From contig CAVQKE010000004.1 of NCBI GenBank assembly GCA_963713045.1, positions 1,221,898-1,285,897 on the forward strand: 64,000 nt of DNA, read 5' to 3'. Shown one piece after another: positions 39,778-51,195 of the stretch. A program made the translations under genes and the position numbers. Position 1 is the stretch's first letter. Each line of letters opens with the position of its first letter. Origin of the DNA: an uncultured delta proteobacterium (GTDB lineage: Bacteria; Myxococcota; Myxococcia; Myxococcales; Myxococcaceae). The notes beneath the pieces are model-generated. The model had not been told where the DNA came from. It worked only from the letters and a program-made list of their open reading frames with translations, and did not search any database.

Positions 39778-40130
39778 ATGAAAGCGTTTTGGTTGCCTTT
39801 ATTGTCGCTGTCATTCCTTCTGATCGGAGTTCTTTGTTCGATGGGTCAGAGCATCCGGGTTGAATCAGCCTATTATGGTTCTCGCAACGGTGCCGGCGCT
39901 GACGTTACACAAACAGTTCAACGGTTCGCCGACTACGGCGAACCTTTCCGGGTAAACAACGACACGCTGAGTACCGATCCATCTCCAAACGACGGGAACA
40001 CGCTCGTCGTTGTCTATCACGCGAACGGTCAGCGGATTTCCGACGCTGTACCTGAGGGTGAAGTATTTTACTTCAGGAGCGGTCGCGACACCGACTATCG
40101 CCCCGAATACCACAAGCCTGGTATTCGACG
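39778..40130 (+). pseudogene. Truncated paralogue of 35252-35812
   Basis: ESAYYG..ADVTQTVQ..EGEVFYF; similarity is lost after the first domain. Confidence 0.55.
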
Positions 40131-40415
40131 CGGCGTACCAAGACTGCAAGGGACTCTGCGTCGACTAACTCATCGGCTAAGAGCTTACCTCTTAGAGCTG
40201 GCCGGGGCCTGCACCTTCGAGAGTGCCACTTATGAATACATCGTGCTGGTCAACTTCGCTGCCTTACGAAGTAGTTTCCACTAGTTGTACCGGACTTAGA
40301 ACATCATCGACCCGACCGATAATATCGCTCATTTCCAAATCGCTCATTTCCAAACCCCATTAATGACGACGACTTTTCCTTCGATGTTACTACCCATAAT
40401 CTTAACTCCTTGTTT

Positions 40416-40930
40416 TCATTTGAACGACGGCGCATTTAGGAGCCGTACCGCGATAATCGCAGCGCAGAGCACGACCAGCGTGCTGACGAGGTAAAGCCCG
40501 CTCAAGCCGGCTCCGCTCGCTACCAAACCCAGCGCGGGGTTGGCGAATCCCAGCGCCAAATCGAGAAAAGCAGTGTAGGCTCCCATGGCGAGGCCGCGGC
40601 TCTCTGGTGGTGCGTTACGGACCGCTTCCACGCCAAAGCCGGCGTAAACAAGTGAGTAACCGAAGCCAGCAGGCCGGTGACGGTTTCGCGCTTGGCGCCC
40701 CGGCTGTCGGCGAAGTGGCCTGCCCAGAACCGTGAGAGCGGGACGCGGCGAACTGCGCGGCGGCGACCAGGCCAACCACGAAGGCGCCGAGGCCTAGGCC
40801 TTGGTGCACATGAAGCGGGAGCACCGGCATCGCGAGACCGATAACGAAAAAGGCGGTAAAGACCACCGCGATGATCGGCAGCAGCGGCGCCAGGACGGGA
40901 GGAGCCGCCGCATGTGGCCGGGATCAATTA
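40416..40930 (-). pseudogene. MFS transporter (YfcJ-like), internally deleted and frameshifted
   Basis: N-terminus FFVIGLAMPVLPLHVHQGLG joined to C-terminus GYSLVYAGFGVEAV..AYTAFLDLALG. Confidence 0.75.
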
Positions 40931-41199
40931 ACGGACATGATAGAAACCTGTGACATAGAGTTCGGCAAGACCGTCGGTCATCGATCAGGTGGCTGCTCTC
41001 GGGATCCGTGCGGCGCCTGTCGTATTCTTGGGGAAAAGCGGTGCGCTCTTTTGCTCTAGCGGGGAGGGATGCCCACTTTCCGAAAGTGCGTTGCTTACTT
41101 CGGCGTTTGGCGCCAGCATCGCAGCCTCCGTGGCGACGGCATACGTATGCTCCGGGATGTCATCCGATCATGAGCAGGTCTTACCGGGCAGACGAATAG

Positions 41200-41287
41200 A
41201 ATCATTCCGGTTGTGGCCGGCTATACTTCCGAACCCACGGGCGGCCTCTGGTGCAAGAGTACCGTCTACGGCTTAAACGGCCATAGA
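41200..41287 (-). repeat. Copy 3 of the structured element (internally deleted)
   Basis: CCGAACCCACGGGCGGCCTCTGGTGCAAGAGTACCGTCTACGGCTTAAACGGCCATAG. Confidence 0.55.
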
Positions 41288-41429
41288 TCGTATTATATAA
41301 TATCCTTATTTAAAGTAACTATAAATCGACCATCCAATTATCACGCAATTTTCACGCACTTTTACAAAGACCTTAGAGAATTCCGATTCCGATACTTGCG
41401 ATTGATCCGCGCCTCTGTCTCTTCCACCC

Positions 41430-41770
41430 GAGAGCCGTTGCTTCGGCCCGTTTCTGCAGTGAAATCGACTTCTGCTCCCGTGCGATTCTGATGGCTGCGC
41501 AAAACGAAGCCTCAATTTACGGTCTCGTCGGCACTCAAACCCGCGAGAAACACACCGCGGAGCCGGTGTAGTCCGGCGCACCAATAGCGGTTTTCAAATC
41601 TTTCGACTAGTACTTCCGCCTCGTTGATTGCCTCAAGAGCTTCAGTGATACGATCCGCTAGATGTAATGCTTCAGCCTTTAGTGCCAGGTAATGTGGCAG
41701 GCCCAGCACATTACCGGTGGCCCGAATATCTCTTACTCCCTGTTCGATCCACGCAATACCTTCGTAGCTG
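41430..41770 (-). pseudogene. C-terminal helical fragment of a cyclase/AAA-ATPase-type signalling protein
   Basis: EGIAWIEQG..LALKAEALHLA..LHRLRGVFL, then frameshifted IEASFCAAIRIAREQKSISL. Confidence 0.65.
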
Positions 41771-41911
41771 AAAAATGCGGATGTGTAGGCGGTAGAACTA
41801 AAGACGGAAGGCAAATAGACCTCTGTATTGGGATTTCGTTCCGTAGCAGCAACCGAAGTAACAAGTCCCGGATGAGCTGATGACGGTTAGGCCAATAGTT
41901 GCAGGGCTCTA

Positions 41912-43072
41912 GTGTAATGAATGATAAGTTCGTTGCATAAGTATTGCAATGTCGCCGAAGATTAAATAGAAAGAACGGATGTCAATGGGACGTCCGGTCA
42001 GCAAAATCGATCTTAGCCAAGAGGAGTTTGAAAAACTGCAGATCATTGGGCGGCGGCCCAAATCCGCGCAGGGCATGGCGCTGCGCGCCAACATTGTCCT
42101 TAGCTGTGCGCAAGGTAAAACCAACCAAGCCGTGGCGCAAGGACTCGGGGTTTCTATGAACACTGTTGGCAAGTGGCGTCGACGTTTTGCCGCTGAAAGG
42201 ATGGCTGGACTAGTCGACGCCCCGCGTAGCGGAGCGCCGCGCGAGATCTCAGATCAGAAGGTGGAGGAAGTGGTCACCAAAACCTTGGAGACAACGCCTC
42301 CGGCTCGGACTCACTGGAGCAGTTGGCTAATGGCCAAGGAAGCCGGAATTTCTCAACATTCGGTCCGACGCATCTGGCAGGCTTTTGGCTTAAAGCCGCA
42401 TTTGGTCAAGAGTTTCAAACTCAGTACCGATCCGATGTTTGTCGAGAAGGTCCGTGACATCGTAGGGCTCTATCTCAATCCGCCTGAGAAAGCGATCGTG
42501 CTTTGCGTGGATGAAAAGAGTCAAACCCAAGCTCTGGAACGCACTCAGCCGATCTTGCCAATGAGGCCGGGGCGTCCTCAACGCCAAAGCCATGACTACT
42601 ACCGCCATGGCATCGTGTCACTCTTTAGCGCTTACGACGTGGCCACCGGACGAGTGATCGGCAAATGCCACAACCGTCATCGCGAAGAGGAGTTCCTCAA
42701 ATTCATGAATCTGGTCGATAGCCAACTACCGGGTGAAACTCCGATTCATCTGGTCTTGGATAATCTTGCCACTCACAAAACTCCTCGGGTGCGTAACTGG
42801 TTTGCTCGACGCCCACGGTACGTGTTGCATTTCACTCCTACGGGTAGTTCCTGGATCAACCAGGTCGAGCGATGGTTCGCAAAGATCACCACTCAAGCCA
42901 TCCGCCGAGGTAGCTTCCGCTCGGTCAAGCACCTCATTGAGGCGATCGAAGCTTACATCGTTGAGCACAATAACGAGCCGCAACCATTTCGTTGGAGCGC
43001 CACCGCCAACAGCATCTTCGAGAAAATCACCGCTTCACTCGATTAATGTAACGAACTTATCATTCAGGACAC
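41912..43072 (+). mobile_element. IS630-family element
   Basis: CTAGTGTAATGAATGATAAGTTCGTTGCA and TGTAACGAACTTATCATTCAGGACACTAG imperfect IRs with TA flanks. Confidence 0.92.
41979..43046 (+). CDS. IS630-family transposase
   Basis: CVDEKSQ, LDNLATHK and SSWINQVERWF motifs. Confidence 0.95.
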   Translation: MSMGRPVSKIDLSQEEFEKLQIIGRRPKSAQGMALRANIVLSCAQGKTNQAVAQGLGVSMNTVGKWRRRFAAERMAGLVDAPRSGAPREISDQKVEEVVTKTLETTPPARTHWSSWLMAKEAGISQHSVRRIWQAFGLKPHLVKSFKLSTDPMFVEKVRDIVGLYLNPPEKAIVLCVDEKSQTQALERTQPILPMRPGRPQRQSHDYYRHGIVSLFSAYDVATGRVIGKCHNRHREEEFLKFMNLVDSQLPGETPIHLVLDNLATHKTPRVRNWFARRPRYVLHFTPTGSSWINQVERWFAKITTQAIRRGSFRSVKHLIEAIEAYIVEHNNEPQPFRWSATANSIFEKITASLD

Positions 43073-43287
43073 TAGAAGAGATTACGCTACGGGAGTACTC
43101 GAGAGATTTGCGTCTCTCCAGGCTAAAGAGAAGCGTCTCGTCTTGTAGAAAGACAAGAGTGCGGAGGGTACTACTAGAGATTCCAGTGGATCGAGATTTT
43201 ATTATTTACGCAGCCACTAGAACTTTTTTCTTGCCGATAGCACCAGGCGATTTTATCTTCCACTCCCCGGGCGAGACGGACGGTAGA

Positions 43288-43586
43288 GGTGAATAACATG
43301 TGAATAACTATGTTGAAACTCACTAAACGATTTGAGGTAGGAGGGTTTTTCATCCCCTCTATATTGCCGATAGGTCCTGTTAGGTGGCGCTGGGATTAGA
43401 GCTCACGGTGAAAGGTCACTCGCCTTGATCATCTACCTCGACCAGAACGGCTTGGAGCCCGGTTTCAGGACCAGCGGAACGGTCGATGGTCCTCGCTCTT
43501 CGTCCTATTATCCGGCAGATTTTATGCGGAGGCCAAAGGGATGAAAGTTACGCTTCCGCATCTCGCCACAGAAGGAGTGTGAATAA
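43288..43586. promoter_or_regulatory. DnaA boxes upstream of dnaA
   Basis: TGTGAATAA (reverse complement TTATTCACA) at 43299-43307 and 43578-43586; 8/9 match at 43288-43296. Confidence 0.7.
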
Positions 43587-43594
43587 AGTTCACT

Positions 43595-44959
43595 ATGCAA
43601 GAGGTTTACAATGGAATTTGGCGTGAAATAGCCAGCAGAATCCGACCGCATCTCAGCACCGATGCCTTTCAGCGGTGGTTTGCGGCCATAGAACTAGTGG
43701 AAGCGGATGAGGCCGCGCTGACATTGCGGGTCCCGAACAGCATTTACCAGTTCTGGATAGAGAGTAATTATTTGAACGTGGTAGAGTCCGCGGTCCGCTC
43801 CGTGCTCGGAAGCCCGCGCTCTCTCAACTTTCATACCGCAGATGACTCAGCGGGCGGCCGCGTTGCCAACGGCGATGCCGAACTGAGTGAACCGGCGACG
43901 CCCAAATCCCAGGATGAGGATTTGGATGGCGGCTTAAATCACGGCATGAATCCGCGCAATAGGTTTGAAGCTTTTGTGGTGGGAGCGAATAACCACCTCG
44001 CCCACGCCGCTGCTCTGGCGGTTTCCCAAAGCCCGGCCCAAACCTATAACCCGCTTTTTATTTACGGAGGCGTAGGCTTAGGCAAAACACATTTGATGCA
44101 GGCCATCGGCCAGCAGGCCATCGAACGAAGAAAGACTCAGAAAGTAATGTACCTCTCCAGCGAGCGGTTCACTAATGAGTTTATCGACGCTATCCAGCAC
44201 AACAAGCTGGTCAGATTCCGAAAGCGCTACCGTCAGACAGACGTTCTATTAATCGACGATGTCCACTTCCTAGCTGGCAAGGAACGGTCCCAGGAAGAAT
44301 TTTTTCACACCTTTAACACGCTACTTGATGGCAGTAAGCAGATTGTCCTTTCCAGTGATTGTCCGGCCAGCCAGATTGGCAACCTGGAGCATCGCCTTGT
44401 TTCCCGCCTGGAGTGCGGGTTAACCACAGAACTGCAACCGCCGGATATCCAGACACGCCTGGCCATTCTCCGTAAAAAAGCGGAGGCGTTTCAGCTGGAT
44501 GTTACCGAAGAAGTGCTGGCCTTTCTGGCGCAGCATGTGCGAACCAACGTGAGGCGCCTGGAGGGCGCTCTGACCCGGGTCGGCTCTTACCAGTCGCTGA
44601 GAGGGCAAGGGTGTTCCCGGCAAACGCTGGAAGAACTCTTGCGGGATATTTTACGGGAAGAGGCCAAAAAACCAGTCGCTATCGACCAGATTCAACAGCA
44701 GGTGGCCGAACATTTTGGTATTCGGCCAGCGGACATGACCGCTAAAGGCCGCGGCACCAATATGGTTTTCCCTCGCCAGGTGGCGATGTATCTGGCCCGG
44801 CGCCACACCAAGGCGTCCTTGCATGAAATTGGAGAAAACTTCGGCGGCCGCCATCACGGAACGGTGTTGCACGCTTGTAAAGCCGTTTCTGTCCGCATGA
44901 AGAACGAGGATCAATTCCGTCAAACCATTGCAGGGCTCGATACCAAACTCGACAGATAG
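43595..44959 (+). CDS. dnaA: Chromosomal replication initiator DnaA (divergent paralogue)
   Basis: YNPLFIYGGVGLGKTHL, LLIDD, QEEFFHTFN, NVRRLEGAL, PRQVAMYL and GGRHHGTVLHAC. Confidence 0.95.
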   Translation: MQEVYNGIWREIASRIRPHLSTDAFQRWFAAIELVEADEAALTLRVPNSIYQFWIESNYLNVVESAVRSVLGSPRSLNFHTADDSAGGRVANGDAELSEPATPKSQDEDLDGGLNHGMNPRNRFEAFVVGANNHLAHAAALAVSQSPAQTYNPLFIYGGVGLGKTHLMQAIGQQAIERRKTQKVMYLSSERFTNEFIDAIQHNKLVRFRKRYRQTDVLLIDDVHFLAGKERSQEEFFHTFNTLLDGSKQIVLSSDCPASQIGNLEHRLVSRLECGLTTELQPPDIQTRLAILRKKAEAFQLDVTEEVLAFLAQHVRTNVRRLEGALTRVGSYQSLRGQGCSRQTLEELLRDILREEAKKPVAIDQIQQQVAEHFGIRPADMTAKGRGTNMVFPRQVAMYLARRHTKASLHEIGENFGGRHHGTVLHACKAVSVRMKNEDQFRQTIAGLDTKLDR

Positions 44960-45356
44960 TCTGAGCCAATCTCGGCAAGATTTGCCGATCTGGGCATCGA
45001 TCCAATCGCGCCGCCAAAGGCAACTGCGACCGGCGATGTTTCATGCATCGATCTGGATTAGATGCGGCTGGCGTGCGCATCCTCAGTGAATCTCTTGGGT
45101 CTATCGCTTCATTGGCGAAACGATGCGTTCGTGCGCATGAGCATGCGGCAAAGTCGCGGTGGATTTGCTCTAGTAGTGTATCGCTGCTGGATGGCTGAGT
45201 GCACGGCCATCGATGTTTAGCAATTTCTCTCTGACAACAATAATCTCGACGCCTAACGATTGGGAACGCGATGCTTGGTTAGGTCCCGGGATTTGAATGT
45301 GATATGTCATAACACAATCTTTGCAGACTGTAGTGCGCTAGATTGCCGTTTCAGAA

Positions 45357-45920
45357 CTACGCTTCCACCAGAGCTGCTTTATGGCCGAGCATCTTCACCG
45401 TCTGGCTTAACTGCTCGATCCTAAGCGGCTTCTTTAAAACCGTTACCGGACTGATCTGCAAGATCCTGTCTAGCACCTTGCTGTCCGGGTAGCCGGTAAT
45501 GACGATAACGTTCAGACCAGGATCAATCTGTTTGGCGGTCTTATACACCTGATCTCCTGGCTCATCCGGCAATTGGAGGTCCAGAAACATCAGGTCGAAC
45601 TTCTGCTTTCGCAGGCTGCTAATCGCCTCCTTGGCCGTTCCGACAACCACTCGACTAAACCCGGTCTTTTTCAAAAAAGTCTTAAATAACTCTTGAATGC
45701 CGAGATCGTCGTCAACCACCAGAACGGTCGGCTGGCCCTGTTTGTCCTCGCGGAGAATGTCTCGATCCAGCGAAGATTTTTTTATTCTCCACCGCCCGCC
45801 AATTTGAATGGCGGGAATCTGTCCTCGTTGAACTAGGTAATAAACTGTGGGGAGAGGTATCCGTAAGTACTGGGCTGTTTCCTTTACGGTAAGAAGACTA
45901 TGACTAGGGGTTTCGCTCAC
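45357..45920 (-). CDS. Response regulator with N-terminal excisionase-type HTH
   Basis: LLTVKETAQYLRI..GQIPAIQIGGRWRI plus REC (VVDDD, FLDLQLPD, KKP). Confidence 0.85.
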   Translation of the reverse strand: MSETPSHSLLTVKETAQYLRIPLPTVYYLVQRGQIPAIQIGGRWRIKKSSLDRDILREDKQGQPTVLVVDDDLGIQELFKTFLKKTGFSRVVVGTAKEAISSLRKQKFDLMFLDLQLPDEPGDQVYKTAKQIDPGLNVIVITGYPDSKVLDRILQISPVTVLKKPLRIEQLSQTVKMLGHKAALVEA

Positions 45921-46009
45921 ACAGTTAAAGCTGATAAAGAATAACAGCGAATATATGATGTTATGGTAATAAGTCCAATTATCAAACGTCCTAGTCGTAC
46001 TGCTGGCAA

Positions 46010-46295
46010 GTGCTACCGAATTCGGTCGATGATTACATTGCTCCAGACAACCCGGTAAGCTTTGTCGACGCTTTCATCGAGCAACTCGATTTGCAAGGAG
46101 TTGGCTATTTGAACCGCGTACGTTCTAGCCGGCGATTGAAAGCAGAGAGTAGGCGAAACTTAGAAGTCATGTGGCTACTGCGCGGGCTGACGCCTGACTT
46201 TCAAAACGATCGCCGATTTTCGCAAGGATGACCCAGACGCATTCAAGCCAGTCTTTCGCGAGTTCGTGTTGCTGTGCCGCAAACTCGAGCTCTTC
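46010..46295 (+). pseudogene. IS1182-family transposase remnant
   Basis: DDYIAPDNPV..DAFI and GYLNRVRSSRRL..EVMWLL..PDF; deleted and frameshifted. Confidence 0.75.
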
Positions 46296-47310
46296 GCCAG
46301 TGTACGCGAGCGCCGTTAAGCTAAATTCCGCGCGTACCTTCTCTAAGCTTCGATCCCCCCTTCGGGTAAATTGCCGATGGTACGCATTCCAAGGGCCTTC
46401 TGGAGAGGTCGTTTATAACGCACGATCCTTCTTCGCCTGGAAGGACGAACACCTGATCGGAACCTACAGCACTCTCAAGGAGGCTGTCGAAGCTCTTAAA
46501 TTAAAAGAAGGGCGAAGAAAAAGGGAGAGATGATCCTGGGAACGGCGGGAATATCCAAGTTAATCAATACAGAGTAGTCGTTCCCGCGATTGTCCGCACG
46601 CTCTTCAGGCGTTGTGGAAAGCTCTAGATCGGGCGGAGGATCTGATTCAGAATTGAGCCCAAGCGCGGACGATGACAGACGGACCACGGCGGAGGAAGAG
46701 TTTGCGGTCGGGAAATTTCAGGCATGGGCAACGGACGCTTCAGCTAGGTTCCCCTTCCGGAGGAGTAAATTTCTTTAACGCGATCTGCCGACTTCTGATG
46801 TATGAATGGTCCTTCTCGACTCGGTTCTCTGATTTGCTAATCTCAACCGATTCGTTCGTTTGTGCCGAATCCGTTTCTGCCGGAGTTGGATTGAGATCTG
46901 CCTTTTCGGTGTCCATAGATCCTCTTCAGCTCATAAATGTAGTGGTTTTAAGTGCTGCAATAATTTTGAATTTTCGTCAAGTGGGTTGTACTCGGGGCGA
47001 AAAATGCTTTGAAGTAGCTACTCACGGATGGCAACCACCTCAAACGCGATGCGCTCCGATGCTTGATTCCGAACTAGGCCAAAGATCCCAAGATTGCTTA
47101 CAAGACAATCAACGCGAGGGCTGAGTAGGTCGATACGGCACCATCATATGGACAAGCGTTCAAGAAACGGCGTTGCTCCGGGCCCTTTTCATGCTTCCCG
47201 GAGTTCGCCGATTTTGTCTAGGATCGGCGTCATGGCAAAGATGGAAAAAAAGACTTTGTCGGACCCAGAAGAGAAGCGTTCGTTCGATAAGGGCCAACTG
47301 GAGTTTTATC

Positions 47311-48131
47311 GGTTCTGGTGCAAACTTAAAAGGCTCGGCTTCCGGCGGTAACGGCTTGGATGACAGAACCGGCCTCCGCACAGGAACTCTTCAGGGGTCG
47401 GCATTTCGACCAAGAGATAGTTGTCCTGTGCGTGCGGTGGTACCTGACATTCAAGCTCAGCTCCCGTGACCTCGTCCAAATGATGGCCGAGCGCGGCATT
47501 GGGTTAGCTCATACGACCATCTTGCGCTGGGTGCAGCGGTACGTGCCGGACTTTGAAAAACGCTGGAACCAGTATGCACGGGCTGTGGGTGACTCCTGGC
47601 GCGTGGATGAGACCTACATTAAGGTGAAGGGCCAATGGGTTTACCTCTATCGCGCGGTCGATAAGCAGGGTCGAACGGTTGATTTTCTCTTGAGCCAACG
47701 GCGTGATGTAGCGACCGCCAAGCGGTTCTTTTCCCATGCGACGAGACAGCATGGAGCCCCGTGGGTGATCACGCTGGACGGCTACGCCGCTTCGCATCGA
47801 GCGGTGGCCCAACTCAAAGAGGTTGGAACTCTACCGCGCCGGGTACGGATTCGCTCTTCCCAATACTTGAACAACATCGTCGAGCAAGATCATCGCCGGA
47901 TCAAACAGCGCATCCGGCCAATGCTCGGATTCAAGCGATTCGAGACGGCGGCCGTGACGATCCGTGGCATTGAGTTAGCAGAGAAGATCAAGAAAAACCA
48001 ATTCAACCTCAGACCGCTGACCAAAAAAGAAGTGACCGTTCCAGCGCTCTGGGCGGAGACCTTGGCGGCATAGAACCCAGAAAATCATTTTGCCAAACAA
48101 ACATCCATTTATCGGGAATTGCACCAGAACC
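47311..48131 (+). mobile_element. IS6-family element
   Basis: IRs GGTTCTGGTGCAA and TTGCACCAGAACC; truncates a small ORF (MAKMEKKTLSDPEEKRSFDKGQLE). Confidence 0.92.
47360..48073 (+). CDS. IS6-family transposase
   Basis: WRVDETYIKV, YRAVD and YLNNIVEQDHR motifs. Confidence 0.95.
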   Translation: MTEPASAQELFRGRHFDQEIVVLCVRWYLTFKLSSRDLVQMMAERGIGLAHTTILRWVQRYVPDFEKRWNQYARAVGDSWRVDETYIKVKGQWVYLYRAVDKQGRTVDFLLSQRRDVATAKRFFSHATRQHGAPWVITLDGYAASHRAVAQLKEVGTLPRRVRIRSSQYLNNIVEQDHRRIKQRIRPMLGFKRFETAAVTIRGIELAEKIKKNQFNLRPLTKKEVTVPALWAETLAA

Positions 48132-48475
48132 GTATGTCTGACGCTTGGCGATTACCGACTCCCAGAGGCGCTACTCGCGGAGGGTTCACCAACACCGCTC
48201 GCGGCTGTTGTCTGTATAATGTGCACCACGGATGTCCTGAGGTGGTCATTTATTCGCCGAGTCTAGCGAAGCAGAGGCGAGAGAACTTTGGCTCGATGGT
48301 TGAGCGAAGCTGAGTGTGAAATGATTAAGGCTTTTGCACACACCCCAAACGCGCCGGAATCGAAATCCTGGTGCGTCCGAATGCCACCGGAAGGCGGACG
48401 GCGGTCCGGTTCGCACCGGGCGGCAGTGATTGCGACGGACAACCATCGAGCACCCTTGCTCTACCTCTGTTTTCC

Positions 48476-48907
48476 TTAGGTGACCGCCTTCTCCGAGGGA
48501 ATGACACCAAGCTGCGTCATCATGCCCAGGCCGTCCATTAGGATGCGACTGTCTACCATCTTACCGGCCACCACGCGATCGACAACCATACCCTTCACGG
48601 CTATCTCCCTGCCCGTTGCAGGAACGCCGAAAAATTCGCTGCGATGGGTTCCATGCCACGTAAAGCGGCTAAATACCTTGTCCCCTTCTCCTACCATCTC
48701 CTCAATCACCCAATGAATGTCGGGGAACGCAGTGCGGAAAGCGGCAATCACCTGTTTGAGACCTTCGCGCCCCTGCTGCTGGCCAGGGAGAGGGTCGAGT
48801 TCCACGAAATCAAGGGCCACGAGATCATTCACCCGCTCGAAGCGACCTTGATTAATGACTTCCTCGACGAAACTTCTGACTACTGTTTTGTTCTCCGCTG
48901 CTGCCAT
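48476..48907 (-). CDS. SnoaL-like ester cyclase
   Basis: AFPD, EGDKV and GTHRSEFFGVPATG. Confidence 0.88.
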   Translation of the reverse strand: MAAAENKTVVRSFVEEVINQGRFERVNDLVALDFVELDPLPGQQQGREGLKQVIAAFRTAFPDIHWVIEEMVGEGDKVFSRFTWHGTHRSEFFGVPATGREIAVKGMVVDRVVAGKMVDSRILMDGLGMMTQLGVIPSEKAVT

Positions 48908-48959
48908 GAGATTCTCTCCTTTTCAGCGCACTGCTGGCACTCTGTCAACCGTGCGAAGA

Positions 48960-49244
48960 CTAGTTCTTTACCGCCAGAATCGCGTCCTTTGCCGCCTTGG
49001 CGACTCGGAATTTGACGACGGTCTTGGCCGGAATCTTGATCTTCTGCTGCGTCTTCGGATTGAAGCCGGTGCGAGCCTTCCTTTTCTGCTTTACGAGCTT
49101 GCCAAATCCGGGCAAGACGAATTCTCCGTTCTTTTTGACCTCTTTGTACGCGAGGTTGCCGAGCGTATCGAGGAATACTCCGGCGGTTCTCTTGTTGGTT
49201 TCGGTGGCTGCGGCGAGTGCGACTTGAAGTTCACTTTTGGTCAT
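48960..49244 (-). CDS. hup: HU-family DNA-binding protein
   Basis: GFGKL, RKARTGFNPKT and KIPAKTVVKF. Confidence 0.93.
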   Translation of the reverse strand: MTKSELQVALAAATETNKRTAGVFLDTLGNLAYKEVKKNGEFVLPGFGKLVKQKRKARTGFNPKTQQKIKIPAKTVVKFRVAKAAKDAILAVKN

Positions 49245-49479
49245 GTCTAGCCGTTGCTTATGGCAGCGGAGTTGCAGTATTTCAAGATTATCGCAGTTCC
49301 TCTTTGCCCACTTACCGTAGAATGGAGGCCGAACTGAACCGGTGTGTCACCGACCAATAACAACATGATGATCGTTAGAATCATCACCATGTTCCCCCCT
49401 CAGCTAAGCGTTCTGATAAGCCAGATAGTCGCGGACTAGGATCTACTCTCGTTGTCCGCCATTTTTTTCTCTCGCATCA

Positions 49480-49790
49480 TTAGGTGGAATCCAATTTTTT
49501 AGTCATTAAACAATGCTCGTGTCCAGTCGGATGATTCTCAAGCATCCCAAAGACGCCATACCCGAGTTTTTCGTAGAATGGTCGGGCCTGGAAACTGAAG
49601 GTGTCGAGGAATGCATCGGTGCAGCCGCGCTCGACCGCATAGAGTTCCGCACGCTTCATCAACTCCCTGCCAAGGCCATGCCCTCGCGCAGGCGCGGCTA
49701 CTACCGCAAGCGTACTCACGTGCAGCCAAGCCGCCCAAATATCTCCGAGCAAACCGCCCAAGCGACTCGCTAGGACGAAACGCAGAAACC
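49480..49790 (-). pseudogene. GNAT acetyltransferase, N-terminally truncated
   Basis: RGHGLGRELM and LDTFSFQARPFYEKLGY; no convincing start. Confidence 0.75.
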
Positions 49791-49877
49791 GAAAACGCTC
49801 ATCACCGTTAGAGGTACGACGGGGTTTCGCTAAAGTTCGTTTACAAAAAGAACCGGTCCTGAATGCATCTTGTTTCT

Positions 49878-50189
49878 TTAAATGCTCCAGAACGTCAGTT
49901 CGTCGATTTTTGTGCCCTCAGGGCGCTCTTTAATCTCTGTTGGGATTGCACCCTCTGGGTAGCGCTCACAGCCGACCGCGAACGTCGCGCCGGGCTCGGG
50001 GTAAACGATGGTGATCACCTTCCTGGCAAGACTGCCAAGGAGCTGATTATCGGTTTGATCCCTGTTTGCAGGCAGTTGGCGCAATTCTTCGAGCTTTGCC
50101 TTTGGCAATTTAATAATGACGTTAAACCGAATATTCGGCTGACCCGACCGGGTAAAGTTGCACCGGGCGTAAATGTCAGTGGAGGGCAT
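49878..50189 (-). CDS. Hypothetical protein
   Basis: 103-aa ATG ORF. Confidence 0.5.
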   Translation of the reverse strand: MPSTDIYARCNFTRSGQPNIRFNVIIKLPKAKLEELRQLPANRDQTDNQLLGSLARKVITIVYPEPGATFAVGCERYPEGAIPTEIKERPEGTKIDELTFWSI

Positions 50190-51195
50190 ATTCAGCGTCG
50201 CCAGTGTCTTTGGTGTAGGAGCGGAGATTCAGAGTGTGACTATGAGCGTGCGCCCAAAATGAAACGACAAATACCGGACAGGTTTACAAGGCAAAACGTC
50301 ACTTCTTTGTGCCCGTTTAGTCTCATACGGGCTCACACATTTCTAACGTAAAAATCCCTGTCGGACTGTCCAACCAACAGTGCTGCTGCGCCCTGGGAGG
50401 AGCTTGTGTCCAGAGGGTCTGGGCCAGGCAGATGCCACGTTTGGAAATAATTTGATAGAGCGCCTCAGGACCAGGTTGGTTGATGTTCAACCCGAAAACC
50501 AATTGAGAGAGGGGTCGATTGCGCTCGCGAAGAATTTGACCGATTCAGTTCACAGCCTGTCATACTCGCGTCTCAAATCCGCGATATTTTCCGCTTGACA
50601 GTCTGAAACATTGCGGAGTTTGATAACGGTTCAAAGAGCGGAGCCTTAACCAAATGTCTCTTTCTTCGGACATCGCTCGGCCTAATACAGAACGCTTAGC
50701 TGGTAGGAAAGGATCAGCGAATCTAGCGGCCAGATTATCCCCTTGCTGGCTTATTGCTCGAACAATACGGATCCAATTTATAAAACCGCGCCGGGAGATG
50801 CGTCACCATCTTCCGGCGCTTGAAGAAAACAACCCATCACCGAGTCACCGATCATGAGAAGTTTCGCATTCAATCATATCACGATTCCGGTAGCTTTCAA
50901 AGCCACCCGCTGTAGCCGTCGCGCTCGATTGTGGAACCGACAGGCTTCCATTATTAAGGACTTGACCACTCTGGCTCTTCGTCACGGGTGGCATAGCCTT
51001 CCGATCTCAGTGCCTGTGCTTGTGATGCCTTCCGCAAGCTTGTTCGGGTAGCGGGACGCTGCGATTACAGACCCAATCGCGTTACTCATTATCGGATAAG
51101 CAACGACTGCATCGAAAAGCAAAGACCAATGGGTTTCATACCGACCACTGAATGAAGACGGTGGGAAATGTTGGCTGGATAGAAAGCGACCAGAC

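Noticed and set aside
43077..45350. Main chromosomal oriC
   Set aside because: Few boxes, no dnaN/recF/gyrB/rpmH context, and surrounded by IS debris.
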